Assembly: GCA_963609615.1 (NCBI GenBank)
Contig: CAVDKC010000003.1
Span: 2,782-66,781 of the forward strand
Reading direction: 5' to 3'
Source of the DNA: Oribacterium sp.
GTDB lineage: Bacteria; Bacteroidota; Bacteroidia; Bacteroidales; Bacteroidaceae
Length of the DNA stretch: 64,000 nucleotides
This document shows, piece after piece, positions 17,693 to 27,496 of this stretch (its first letter is position 1; each line of letters opens with the position of its first letter). The notes beneath the pieces are model-generated. The model saw only the letters and a program-made list of their open reading frames with translations, was not told the origin of the DNA and searched no databases. The position numbers were made by a program, and so were the translations under genes.

Positions 17693-19729
17693 TTACCAAA
17701 GTTCGAGACGTTCGTTCTGAGGAATGAACAGTTTGTCTCCCAGCTTTACGCCGAATGCCTCATACCAGGCATCAATATGCGGGAGGGCACCATCTACACG
17801 CCACTTGCCGAGAGCATGTGGGTCGGTCTTCACACGATTGCGGATTTCCTGGTCAGTGATGTTCTGTCCCCATACACCTGCATAGGCGAGGAAGAAGCGC
17901 TGTTCTGCCGTAAAGCCATCCTTGTTCTTCAAAGGCTTCTTGGCTGTAGCATTCTTGAAAGCATTGAAGGATACCATCAAACCGCCGTGGTCTGCGAGGT
18001 TCTCACCGAGGGTGAAACGTCCATTGGCATTGAGATCTGGCAACACCTTGATATTGCTGAAGAAGTTGGCATAGAGGTCTGCACGCTTCTCGAAGCCCTT
18101 GGCATCGTTGGCAGTCCACCAATCCTTCAAGTTACCCGAAGCGTCATACTGACGGCCTTGGTCATCGAATCCGTGAGTCATCTCATGACCGATTACGACA
18201 CCGATGGCTCCATAGTTGAATGCCTCATCTGCCTTAGGGTCAAAGAATGGGTACTGCAGGATACCAGCAGGGAAACATATCTCGTTGGTAGTAGGATTGT
18301 AGTAAGCGTTCACAGTCTGAGGTGTCATAAACCACTCGTCCTTGTCTACAGGCTTACCTGCCTTCTCTGCGATTTCCTTGTCGTTGGCAAACTTGCGACA
18401 AGCCAACACATTCTCATAGAAACTCTTGGATGGGTCAATATCGAGATTACTGAAGTCTGTCCACTTGTCAGGATAGCCTATCTTGACATAGAACTTGTCC
18501 AGTTTGTCATGAGCAGCAGCCTTGGTGGTATCACTCATCCATGTCTGCGCATCGATGCGCTCGCCAAGACTTACCTGAAGATTCTTCACGAGTGTTTCCA
18601 TCATCTTCTTAGAAGACTCCGGGAAGAACTTCTTGCAATAGATGCGCCCTAGAGCCTCGCCCATCTGTGCCTCCACCTGATTGGTGGCTCGCTTCCAGAG
18701 CGGATAATCCTCCTTGCGCCCACTCATGGTCTTGCCAAAGAAGTTGAAGTTTGCTTCACGTATCTCGTCTGTCAAGTAAGAACTAGAGCTACGGATAACA
18801 CTCCACTCCATCAATGCCTTCAAGGTTTCTGCGTCCTCTGCAGCAGTTATCTTGTCATAACTTGCCAAGTAGGCTGGCTGACCTACTATCATTTCCTGGA
18901 TGTACTCGGTCTTGATACCCTCGGCGTTAGCCATTGCCTCCAGAGGAATGTTAGGATAATTCTCCTTGAACTGTGCGAGGGTCATCTTGTTGTAGTTGGC
19001 CTGTGGATCGCGTAGTTCGGTACGGCTCTTTGAGATGGTTGCGAGGCTGGTCTCATGCAGGAAGATGGCCTGCGCCTTCTGTGTAGCCTCTGCCTTGGAA
19101 TACCCATAAAGTTGGAACATCTGTGCGATGTAACTCTTGAAAGCCTCACGGATAGCTACTGTGGCTGCATCATTGTTTACATAGTAGTCCTTGGAACCGA
19201 GGGTCAAGCCTCCCTGGCCTACATTGTAGATGTTCATCGTAACGTTCTTTTCGTCTGCACCAAAGCCAGTGCCGTAACCTAAGCCAAGGCTATAGATGGC
19301 AGCGTATTTCTGCTGTATTTTCTGCAAGTCTTCCTTGGTTTTGGCAGCAGCTATCTCATCGAGCAGCGGCTTCACAGGAGCGATGCCCTCCTTGTTGCGA
19401 CGCTCCACGTCAAGAGCCAGCTTATAGAAGTCAGACAACTTCTGCTCGATGGTACCCTTCTTGTAAGACTTCTTCTGAAGTTCTGTAAGGATAGAGTTGA
19501 TACGCTTGTTGTTGTTCTCGCCCAGCTGGTCGAAACTACCATAACGGCTATAAGCAGCTGGAAGAGGATTATTCTTCTGCCAACCACCAGTAGCAAACTG
19601 ATAGAAATCATCAGCAGGCTTAGCTGTTTTGTCAAGATTGCTCATGACAAGTCCCGACTTACTTTGAGCGTCAGCAGCCAGAGGCATCGCTGCGATCAGC
19701 ATCATCGGAAGAATAGATTTCATGTTCAT
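17693..19729 (-). CDS. pepO: M13 family metalloendopeptidase with signal peptide
   Basis: VNAYYNP, GHEMTHGFDDQG, GENLAD, DPH. Confidence 0.94.
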   Translation of the reverse strand: MNMKSILPMMLIAAMPLAADAQSKSGLVMSNLDKTAKPADDFYQFATGGWQKNNPLPAAYSRYGSFDQLGENNNKRINSILTELQKKSYKKGTIEQKLSDFYKLALDVERRNKEGIAPVKPLLDEIAAAKTKEDLQKIQQKYAAIYSLGLGYGTGFGADEKNVTMNIYNVGQGGLTLGSKDYYVNNDAATVAIREAFKSYIAQMFQLYGYSKAEATQKAQAIFLHETSLATISKSRTELRDPQANYNKMTLAQFKENYPNIPLEAMANAEGIKTEYIQEMIVGQPAYLASYDKITAAEDAETLKALMEWSVIRSSSSYLTDEIREANFNFFGKTMSGRKEDYPLWKRATNQVEAQMGEALGRIYCKKFFPESSKKMMETLVKNLQVSLGERIDAQTWMSDTTKAAAHDKLDKFYVKIGYPDKWTDFSNLDIDPSKSFYENVLACRKFANDKEIAEKAGKPVDKDEWFMTPQTVNAYYNPTTNEICFPAGILQYPFFDPKADEAFNYGAIGVVIGHEMTHGFDDQGRQYDASGNLKDWWTANDAKGFEKRADLYANFFSNIKVLPDLNANGRFTLGENLADHGGLMVSFNAFKNATAKKPLKNKDGFTAEQRFFLAYAGVWGQNITDQEIRNRVKTDPHALGKWRVDGALPHIDAWYEAFGVKLGDKLFIPQNERLELW

Positions 19730-19759
19730 ACTTACTTTATTATTTTAACGTTAAAAAAA

Positions 19760-21697
19760 TCATTTGCTCACTTCTTCCAGTTCTTCCGAAAGCACCATCC
19801 ACTTCTCGTTCTCCTCATCGAGACTCTTCATCAGCTCGGTATATTCTGTTACGAGTTCCATATTGGTGGCATTCTCTGGTTTCATAAGGAGACCATCTAT
19901 CTCCTTCTTACGAGCCTCCATCTTGGCAATCTTTGTCTCGCAGTCCTTCACGGCTTTCTCTGCCTTGCGAATCTTCTTTTGCTGTTCCTTATGTTCAGCA
20001 TAGCTCTGCTTACCAGCAGTGCCATCCGAAGATAATGATGGAGCGACAGAAGCAGTTGCCTGCTGACTGGCAAGAGCCTGTGTGATATTCTCGGCATTGT
20101 GCGCACGCAGATAGTCGTAGATGCCTCCCAAGTGCTCACGCACCTTGCCACCACCAAACTCATAGACTTTGTCTACCAATCCATCGAGAAACTCACGGTC
20201 GTGACTCACGATGATGGCTGTGCCATCAAATGCCTTGATGGCCTCCTTGAGTACATCCTTCGACTGCATGTCGAGGTGGTTGGTAGGCTCATCGAGAATC
20301 AGCAGGTTCACGGGTTCCAGGAGGAGTTTGATCATCGCCAGGCGGCTGCGCTCCCCACCACTCAATACCTTGACATACTTATCGGATGTTTCGCCTCCAA
20401 ACATGAAGGCACCCAACAAGTCATTCACCTTGAGACGCATCTCGCCAGTCGCCACATTGTCAATGGTCTGGAAGATGGTGAGCTTCTCATCGAGAAGCTG
20501 CGCTTGGTTTTGCGCAAAGTAGCCTATCTGCACGTTGTGCCCAATCTTGAGCATACCAGAAAATGGAATTTCACCCATGATACACTTCACGAGCGTAGAC
20601 TTACCCTCGCCATTCTTGCCCACAAAAGCCACCTTCTCACCACGCTTGATGGTGAAAGTAACGTGGTCGAAGACGGTATGCTCTCCATAGTCCTTGCGCA
20701 CCTCGTCACAGATGATCGGATAATCACCACTGCGAAGACAGGGCGGGAACTTGAGGTGCATCTGCTTATTGTCTACCTCATCTACCTCGATAGGTACAAT
20801 TTTCTCCAGTTGCTTGATGCGGCTCTGCACCTGCACTGCCTTGGTAGGCTTGTAACGGAATCGCTCGATGAAGTCCTTGATATCCGCAATCTCCTTCTGT
20901 TGGTTCTCGTAAGCACGGAGTTGTTGCTCACGGCGTTCCTTGCGAAGCACCACATATTCATCGTACTTCACCTTATAGTCTTCCACCCTGCCGCAGGTTA
21001 TCTCCAGCGTGCGATTGGTCACATTATTGATAAAGGCACGGTCGTGGCTTACCAAAACCACAGCCTTGGCACTCTGCGCCAAAAACTGCTCTAGCCACTG
21101 GATACTCTCGATGTCGAGATGGTTGGTAGGTTCGTCGAGCAGCAACACATCCGGTTTCTGCAACAGAATCTTGGCCAACTCTATACGCATACGCCATCCA
21201 CCGGAGAACTCTCTGGTAGGACGTTCAAAGTCGAGACGTGTGAAACCGAGACCTGTGAGCGTGCGCTCTATTTCTGCCTCATAATTCTCACCGCCCATCA
21301 TCATATAGCGTTCATGTTCCTGCGTAAACTTCTCCACGAGCAGAGCATACTCTTCACTCTCATAGTCAGTACGTTCTGCCATCTCCTGCTGCATTTTATC
21401 CAACCGAGCTTTCATCTCCGTGTTATGGGCAAAAGCCTTGCGGGTCTCCTCTTTCACGGTGGTGTCGTCCTGAAGTTTCATCACCTGTGGCAGATAGCCG
21501 ATAGTGGTGTCATTAGGGATAGCCACCACACCATCCGTAGGCTTCTGCATACCGCAGAGTATCTTGAGCATGGTAGACTTGCCTGCTCCATTCTTACCCA
21601 CCAGGGCGATACGGTCGCGGTCATTGATGACAAAACTCACGTCGTGGAAGAGTGGCTTTACGCCAAACTCTACTTTCAGTCCTTCTACTGAAATCAT
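19760..21697 (-). CDS. ABC-F family ATPase
   Basis: Two ABC domains (GKNGAGKST, FSGGWRMR, GKNGEGKST, LSGGERSR), no membrane segments, C-terminal coiled coil. Confidence 0.93.
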   Translation of the reverse strand: MISVEGLKVEFGVKPLFHDVSFVINDRDRIALVGKNGAGKSTMLKILCGMQKPTDGVVAIPNDTTIGYLPQVMKLQDDTTVKEETRKAFAHNTEMKARLDKMQQEMAERTDYESEEYALLVEKFTQEHERYMMMGGENYEAEIERTLTGLGFTRLDFERPTREFSGGWRMRIELAKILLQKPDVLLLDEPTNHLDIESIQWLEQFLAQSAKAVVLVSHDRAFINNVTNRTLEITCGRVEDYKVKYDEYVVLRKERREQQLRAYENQQKEIADIKDFIERFRYKPTKAVQVQSRIKQLEKIVPIEVDEVDNKQMHLKFPPCLRSGDYPIICDEVRKDYGEHTVFDHVTFTIKRGEKVAFVGKNGEGKSTLVKCIMGEIPFSGMLKIGHNVQIGYFAQNQAQLLDEKLTIFQTIDNVATGEMRLKVNDLLGAFMFGGETSDKYVKVLSGGERSRLAMIKLLLEPVNLLILDEPTNHLDMQSKDVLKEAIKAFDGTAIIVSHDREFLDGLVDKVYEFGGGKVREHLGGIYDYLRAHNAENITQALASQQATASVAPSLSSDGTAGKQSYAEHKEQQKKIRKAEKAVKDCETKIAKMEARKKEIDGLLMKPENATNMELVTEYTELMKSLDEENEKWMVLSEELEEVSK

Positions 21698-21800
21698 TTA
21701 TCTTAGTTTTATATGAATATTATGATTGTAGCTTCCAAAAAATCTTTACATTCCTTTTCTACTCTCGCACTCCCCGCCTTACCTTCTATCTAAAAGCCTC

Positions 21801-21899
21801 TACCCACTTTGAAAATTACCTCGGCAGAAAAAACTTTTTCCCTCGGCAGGTAAATATTTTTATCTCGGCAGGCAACTTTATTTTTCTGGCGTAACCAAT
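21801..21899. repeat. Dispersed intergenic element, copy 1: CTCGGCAG boxes at 22-bp period
   Basis: CTCGGCAG at 21820, 21842, 21864; degenerate inverted box at 21886; 64/70 nt identical to 63808-63877. Confidence 0.9.
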
Positions 21900-21970
21900 A
21901 GAAGGCCTAGGAGAGAATGAGGAAAATATTTTACTTTCTCATCTTTCCTGTCACCGACTAGTACCTGCAC

Positions 21971-23245
21971 TTACGGAATCAGCAATGAAGAGTCACCATA
22001 GCTTAGGAAGCGGAAGTCGTGAGCCAATGCATACTCGTACACTTTCTTCCAGTCGCCATGCAAGAATGCACTCACCAGCAAGAGTAAGGTACTCTGTGGT
22101 TGATGGAAGTTGGTAACCAGCATCTTCACGATCTTATAGGAATAACCTGGAGCTATGATAATCTGTGTGCTGCTGTGAAGTGCCTCCAGTCCATTTTGGT
22201 CGAGATAGTCGATGACGGCTTGTATAGCCTGCATAGGCGTAATGCCATCTACTAGCTTGCCATCCGCCGCCAACTCGTAAGGGTCCCATTGGTTTACGTG
22301 CAAGTCCTCCTCATTAGCATCAGGGTGCTGAATGAGGTGTACCCCCATATAGTATAGACTCTCGATGGTACGTACACTGGTGGTCCCCACTGCTACTACC
22401 TTGCATTCATGCTGAATGAGTTTTTCGAGACTTCTGCGATGCACTACGATATACTCCGTATGCATCTGGTGTCCCTCTATCTCCAGGCTCTTTACGGGCT
22501 TGAAGGTACCTGCGCCCACATGAAGCGTCACTTCCTCCCGGTCGATGCCTTGAGCATCCAGATCGGCAAGCACAGCATCAGTGAAATGCAGTCCTGCCGT
22601 AGGAGCAGCCACACTACCTTTAATCTTGGAATAGACAGTCTGGTAAGTAGTCTTGTCGCTCTCCTCCGTCTTACGGTTCAGGTAAGGCGGAATAGGCAAT
22701 TCACCCACAGCTTCCAGAATTTCAGCAAAAGAGACCTGCTCGTTGTCCCAGTCGAAGTCTACCCAGTAATTGGTACCGCCCCCTTTCGTTACCATATCCT
22801 GCGCCTCCCCAGAGAGAGCATCTCCTCTTCGCATCGTGGCACTGAGTGTAAGTTGATGTCCCTTGATTTCAAAGTCACGCTTCAAGCTGCCTTCCTTCCA
22901 CTTCTTCAGATTTCCTATCATGCAGAGCCAAGCACAATGCCCTGAAGTCTGAAACATCAGTTCATAGTCGGTAGGTGCAGCAGGCTCCATCAAGAACACT
23001 TCGATGAGGGCACCTGTCTCCTTGCGGAAATGCAAACGTGCCTGGATAACCTTCGTGTTGTTGAATATCATAAGTGCCCCGTTAGGCAAATAGTCTGGAA
23101 GATGATAGAACACATCATCGCTCACCTCTCCGTGTTTGTATACCAAGAGTTTGCTATGGTCACGCTGTGCTATAGGAAACTTAGCGATGCGCTCATCTGG
23201 CAAAGCGTAATTGTAGTCACTTATTCTAATATGTTTTGTATCCAT
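21971..23245 (-). CDS. queA: S-adenosylmethionine:tRNA ribosyltransferase-isomerase
   Basis: PIPPYL, YQTVYS, GSVAAPTAGLHFT, LHVGAGTF, TNFHQP, FLSYGD. Confidence 0.95.
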   Translation of the reverse strand: MDTKHIRISDYNYALPDERIAKFPIAQRDHSKLLVYKHGEVSDDVFYHLPDYLPNGALMIFNNTKVIQARLHFRKETGALIEVFLMEPAAPTDYELMFQTSGHCAWLCMIGNLKKWKEGSLKRDFEIKGHQLTLSATMRRGDALSGEAQDMVTKGGGTNYWVDFDWDNEQVSFAEILEAVGELPIPPYLNRKTEESDKTTYQTVYSKIKGSVAAPTAGLHFTDAVLADLDAQGIDREEVTLHVGAGTFKPVKSLEIEGHQMHTEYIVVHRRSLEKLIQHECKVVAVGTTSVRTIESLYYMGVHLIQHPDANEEDLHVNQWDPYELAADGKLVDGITPMQAIQAVIDYLDQNGLEALHSSTQIIIAPGYSYKIVKMLVTNFHQPQSTLLLLVSAFLHGDWKKVYEYALAHDFRFLSYGDSSLLIP

Positions 23246-23289
23246 TGTCTTGTTTTGTTTTTTCTATTTCTATAATAACGTGGTCGGCA

Positions 23290-23994
23290 TCAGCAATAAA
23301 AGGTCATCAGCGTGCCCCTAATAACCACGTAGAGCAGGATGACTACCATCATGGTCATCAGGATGTCGATGTCGTCATGATCATATCCTGTACTGGTATA
23401 TTGATTGGAAATATATTGTATCTTAGGAGATATGCGACAATACATCTTGTGATACAATATGTATACCACACCTCCTACGATGCTGCCTAAAAGCAGCCCA
23501 CATACTATGTCGCTAGGATAGTGCGCCCCTAGATAGAGACGGGTCCAGCAGTTGACAATCGACCATACCAAGAGTGTCCAGGTAAGCATTCTGCTACGTA
23601 CCAACAGCGAGAAAAACACGGCGATTGCCATCGTATTGGCAGCATGTGCCGAACAGAAACTGAAATCCTTCATCAGAGGATGTCCCACAGTATGGATCGT
23701 GTACTTCAGCAAAGGGTCGTTGAGCGGACGCAAGCGTGCCGCCAATGGTTTGATGATACCCTCTGCCAAACCATCCGCCAGTACCACGCAAAGCAAGGAT
23801 GCTCCTATGATAAGGGCTATCTGCCCCATCGTCTCATTGTTGCGTATCACGATGACGAGAAGTACGATGTAAAGGGGTATCCAGGTAAAGCCAGACGTAA
23901 GCAGCTGCATCATTTGGTCAAGAAACAAATTGTCGCTCCCATTGAAAAGACGCAATACCTGCAGGTCTATATCTTGTATGCTACTAAAATCCAT
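23290..23994 (-). CDS. PAP2-family membrane phosphatase
   Basis: K....RLRP, FSFCSAHA, TRLYLGAHYPSD; start moved to ATG 23994 to remove the overlap with batDE. Confidence 0.88.
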   Translation of the reverse strand: MDFSSIQDIDLQVLRLFNGSDNLFLDQMMQLLTSGFTWIPLYIVLLVIVIRNNETMGQIALIIGASLLCVVLADGLAEGIIKPLAARLRPLNDPLLKYTIHTVGHPLMKDFSFCSAHAANTMAIAVFFSLLVRSRMLTWTLLVWSIVNCWTRLYLGAHYPSDIVCGLLLGSIVGGVVYILYHKMYCRISPKIQYISNQYTSTGYDHDDIDILMTMMVVILLYVVIRGTLMTFYC

Positions 23995-24023
23995 CTTTGA
24001 TGTCGTAAATATTTGTCTATTTA

Positions 24024-26636
24024 TCAGATTTCCTCTATCAGCCTGGCCTCTATCCACCCCTCTCTGCCGTCGCCTACGCGGATACCACGCCATCCCGACA
24101 TGGTTTTGTCTGTAATGTCCACACGTGTACCCTCATGGAGCAGGAATTGGTCTGCACTACTCTTGGCAGGAGTCTTCTTCACATTGGCAGATGGAGCTAT
24201 GATGATGGCTCCGCAGCGGTTTACGAGAGTCTGCCTCTGCTGATAAGCAAAGAGATTGCCTACCAAGAACACTACCAAAAAGAATAAGCCTCCGAAGAAT
24301 CCTAACTTACGAAGTAGGATATGTGTACCAAAGAGATAGAGCAGTACCAGCACCAAAGCCAAGATGATGGCTATAATGCCAGTCTTAGCCCATGTATCCA
24401 CACTTGTAAAATTGACCAGTGCTTTATACCATGTCACGAAAAACATCTCGCTCTCTGGCGTTATCTTGTCGATAGTCTTGCTGCGGGCAAACTGCAGGTT
24501 GAAACTGATGTCCTCATCACCTGGCGACAAGAGATGGGCACGCTCATAGTTGAGCACAGCCTTGGTGATATTGTCTGTGCGGTAATAAGCATTTCCGAGA
24601 TTATAGTAGACATCGGCGGAAACACCCGTCTTCAAGATGTCCTCGTAGTCACGGATAGCTTGCTGATAGTTTCCCTTCTTGTACTCCGTGTCGGCATTGG
24701 CCTTGGTCACAGCCGATGCCGAAAGTGCCCCCATGCCGAGCATCAATGCGAGAAGCAGGAGGAAGGAATATCCCGAAGGATGCTTCTTGCGCGCCTTGCG
24801 CGCCTCATTGATAGCATTTTCTATTTCCATGATAGCAGTCATTGCCGATTCGAATGTACGATTCATATTTCCAGCCGGGTCACCAGGAGCATAGCGTTCA
24901 AACTCGCACTCGTCAAGAGCTGACGTAAACTTAGCCACAGTGGTATCGCCCACGTAATGGGCTGCCAACTTTTCACAGATATTCTCGCGATTGAGTTGTT
25001 CTACCGGCATATTGAGTTTGTAACTCATATATCCCCAGAGGGCACGCATCACCTCGTCATAGAACTCACCTTGCTTGCCTTCAAGCATCAGTTGCTTTGC
25101 CTTTTTAAGGCGTTTGGTAGCCCTCTTGTTTGCCTTGTTGCTGCGCATCTTCACGATGTCGGCATTCTCGATGGCACGACGGCGGAAGATGACGAGTAGA
25201 GCTATGAATGCCAAGAGTGGCACCATGAGACTGGTCCAATAGCCGAAGCTACCAAAGAACATGTCGTCAAAATCGCGGAGTTTGGATTTTCCTTCCTTGA
25301 TGGCATGGATATCCTTGTCCTGTGCAGCATAATTCTCCTTGCTGCCTGTAGCAGAACCATCGCCCTTCTCCACATGAATATTGAAGGAATGAGTCTTGAT
25401 GGTCTTGTAAGCATTGGTGCTTGTATCATAATACGTAAACTCCACGGCAGGGACGGTATAGTCTCCCTGATTTCGAGGTACGGCAAGAAAATCATATATC
25501 ATGTTACCCTCCACACCATTGGCAGTAAGGCGCGTCTTGTCCGAAACCTTGGCATCATACTTATCGAAGTCCTTCGGGAATGTTACCACAGGTTGCTTGA
25601 GCAACTTGAGGTTGCCTACACCTCCCACGATGACACGCAGCGTAATAGGTTCGCCGGCCTTTACCTCCTTTTTGTCCAGACAAGCAGAAATATTAAACTT
25701 ACCTACTCCACCAGAGAAGTTGGCAGGTCGCTGTGGTAAAGGATCCACCTGGAGTGTGATGCCAGGAGCCTTGATGTCTTTATGAACCTCGACATATCCA
25801 GAGCCTCCGTTGAAGAATGCCTCCATTGGATCTACGTTACGATTCTGCTGCACGACGATGCCCTTGAAGGTAATGGATGGGATTTCCAGTTTTCCCGTCA
25901 TTTGTGGATACATCACGTACTGGCTCCAAGTGACGCACTTGTAAGGTCTGCCATTCACCATCTCCGTATGGAATGTCTTCTGCTGTGGAAGCTGTACTTC
26001 CTGGCTATGAAATCCCTTGAGGTCGGGCATCTTGCCTTCCAACTGGGTGAGTTCCACTTGTGTATATACTTTGTAAGTCAGCAATATCGGCTCCTGCTCA
26101 TGCACCTTTTTCTTGCTGGCAGACACCTTGATAAACAGGTCGCTACCCGATATGGCAGAACCTGCTGCCTTCATCCTAGGTTGGTCATAATCGTTCTGAC
26201 CATGCATACTAGGTGCACCATTATTGTGGGCAGCATGCCCTGAGACGGTAATTTTGACAGGTCGGGACGCTAATTTCTTGCCGTTCACCACCGCATGAGA
26301 TGCTCCTATGGTAAAGGTGCCATTCTTGCTGGCATAGAGAGTATATGTAATAGTGATAGACGATGAGGAAGAGGTATGTCCATTGATCATCTGATAACTA
26401 GACTGCTGAGATGTGTAAGGTCCAGCGATGACCTCCAGTGCTTCAGGTACACCTCCCATGCGAAACTCTTCCACATCCCTCGTATTGATGGTATAAGCCA
26501 CCCGGAAGTTTTCACCTGCCGACACCTGTGTAGGAGCAGACACGGATATCTGTTGCGCCACCATATTTACATGGCACCCCAACAGGAATATCGTCATCAT
26601 CAAAAACCAACCTACCTTTTTCATATTGCTTGACAT
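24024..26636 (-). CDS. batD: BatD-BatE fusion protein (BatD Ig-like repeats + TPR + SH3b)
   Basis: N-terminal ~620 aa BatD-like (FSGGVGKF, CEFERYAP); C-terminal ~230 aa BatE-like (YYNLGNAYY TPR, LHEGTRV..GREGWI SH3); no internal stop. Confidence 0.85.
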   Translation of the reverse strand: MSSNMKKVGWFLMMTIFLLGCHVNMVAQQISVSAPTQVSAGENFRVAYTINTRDVEEFRMGGVPEALEVIAGPYTSQQSSYQMINGHTSSSSSITITYTLYASKNGTFTIGASHAVVNGKKLASRPVKITVSGHAAHNNGAPSMHGQNDYDQPRMKAAGSAISGSDLFIKVSASKKKVHEQEPILLTYKVYTQVELTQLEGKMPDLKGFHSQEVQLPQQKTFHTEMVNGRPYKCVTWSQYVMYPQMTGKLEIPSITFKGIVVQQNRNVDPMEAFFNGGSGYVEVHKDIKAPGITLQVDPLPQRPANFSGGVGKFNISACLDKKEVKAGEPITLRVIVGGVGNLKLLKQPVVTFPKDFDKYDAKVSDKTRLTANGVEGNMIYDFLAVPRNQGDYTVPAVEFTYYDTSTNAYKTIKTHSFNIHVEKGDGSATGSKENYAAQDKDIHAIKEGKSKLRDFDDMFFGSFGYWTSLMVPLLAFIALLVIFRRRAIENADIVKMRSNKANKRATKRLKKAKQLMLEGKQGEFYDEVMRALWGYMSYKLNMPVEQLNRENICEKLAAHYVGDTTVAKFTSALDECEFERYAPGDPAGNMNRTFESAMTAIMEIENAINEARKARKKHPSGYSFLLLLALMLGMGALSASAVTKANADTEYKKGNYQQAIRDYEDILKTGVSADVYYNLGNAYYRTDNITKAVLNYERAHLLSPGDEDISFNLQFARSKTIDKITPESEMFFVTWYKALVNFTSVDTWAKTGIIAIILALVLVLLYLFGTHILLRKLGFFGGLFFLVVFLVGNLFAYQQRQTLVNRCGAIIIAPSANVKKTPAKSSADQFLLHEGTRVDITDKTMSGWRGIRVGDGREGWIEARLIEEI

Positions 26637-26701
26637 TGCTATTTCTTGTTCTTTAGTCTATATGTTTAAACACGCTAAACAGAAGTCTCCCTCGCTCATA
26701 T

Positions 26702-27445
26702 TTACCAGTTCTTCTCGTAAGCCTTTCTGCGAGGTTGACTCATGGCTTTCTGAAGTTTCTGTTTGGTGGCTTGCTCTTGCTGCACGGCAGCGTTAAGCAG
26801 TTGTTCGGCATTATCTCGACTCATCTTGTCTTGATTTTGCCGGTTCTTTTGCTGGTTCTGATTCTGTTTGTCGTCTTTATTCTTTTTCTTGTCCTTATCT
26901 TGCTTGTCTTTGTCTTTATCTTTGTTCTGGTCCTTGTCCTTATTCTTGTCTTTGTTCTTATCCTTGTTCTTGTCCTTATTTTTGTCTTGCTTTTGGTTCT
27001 GCTTGTTGTTCTTCAGCAGTTTTTTGCAGAGGGCAAGATTATAGCGTGTCTCATTGTCTTGAGGATTGCATCTTAGGGCCATCTCATAACAAGAGATGGC
27101 CTTGGCATAGTCTTGATGATTCTGCATGATGACACCCATGTTATGATAGCTCTTGGCACGGCGCAGTTTATTGGTCTTCAACTTGGCAGCACCCTCATAC
27201 TGCACGAGTGCTGCGGAGTCCTTCTGCTGCATCAGCAGGGCACATCCCAAATTGTATATAGCCTGAGGGTTTTGTGCATTCTTGGAGATAGCCTTTCGGT
27301 ACTGAGTCTCTGCAGCCGCCCATTTCTGAGCCTTGAACATGCGGTTGCCTTGCCGAATCAAGCTGCGGTCGTTCTGTGCCTCAGCGTCCATCATACCAGC
27401 CACCATCAATATAGCTATCATCAATATGTAATACAAATATTTCAT
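26702..27445 (-). CDS. batC: BatC TPR protein
   Basis: TPRs (YNLGCAL, YHNMG, RYNLA), K/D/Q low-complexity linker, C-terminal EKNW. Confidence 0.88.
   Translation of the reverse strand: MKYLYYILMIAILMVAGMMDAEAQNDRSLIRQGNRMFKAQKWAAAETQYRKAISKNAQNPQAIYNLGCALLMQQKDSAALVQYEGAAKLKTNKLRRAKSYHNMGVIMQNHQDYAKAISCYEMALRCNPQDNETRYNLALCKKLLKNNKQNQKQDKNKDKNKDKNKDKNKDKDQNKDKDKDKQDKDKKKNKDDKQNQNQQKNRQNQDKMSRDNAEQLLNAAVQQEQATKQKLQKAMSQPRRKAYEKNW
26870..26990 (-). repeat. Coding low-complexity 12-bp-type repeat (KDKN)n in batC
   Basis: QDKNKDKNKDKNKDKNKDKDQNKDKDKDK. Confidence 0.8.
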
Positions 27446-27496
27446 ATTCTATACCTATTTTATATATAGGGAAGTTCACCGTCAGGAAAACGCCCC

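Noticed and set aside
21820..21872. Mini-CRISPR interpretation of the CTCGGCAG arrays
   Set aside because: The repeat is 8 nt and the spacers 14 nt, the spacers are conserved between the two copies, and no cas genes are present.
23995..24093. Arg-rich N-terminal extension of the PAP2 ORF
   Set aside because: It is an alternative frame of the batDE 3' end; ATG 23994 is more plausible.
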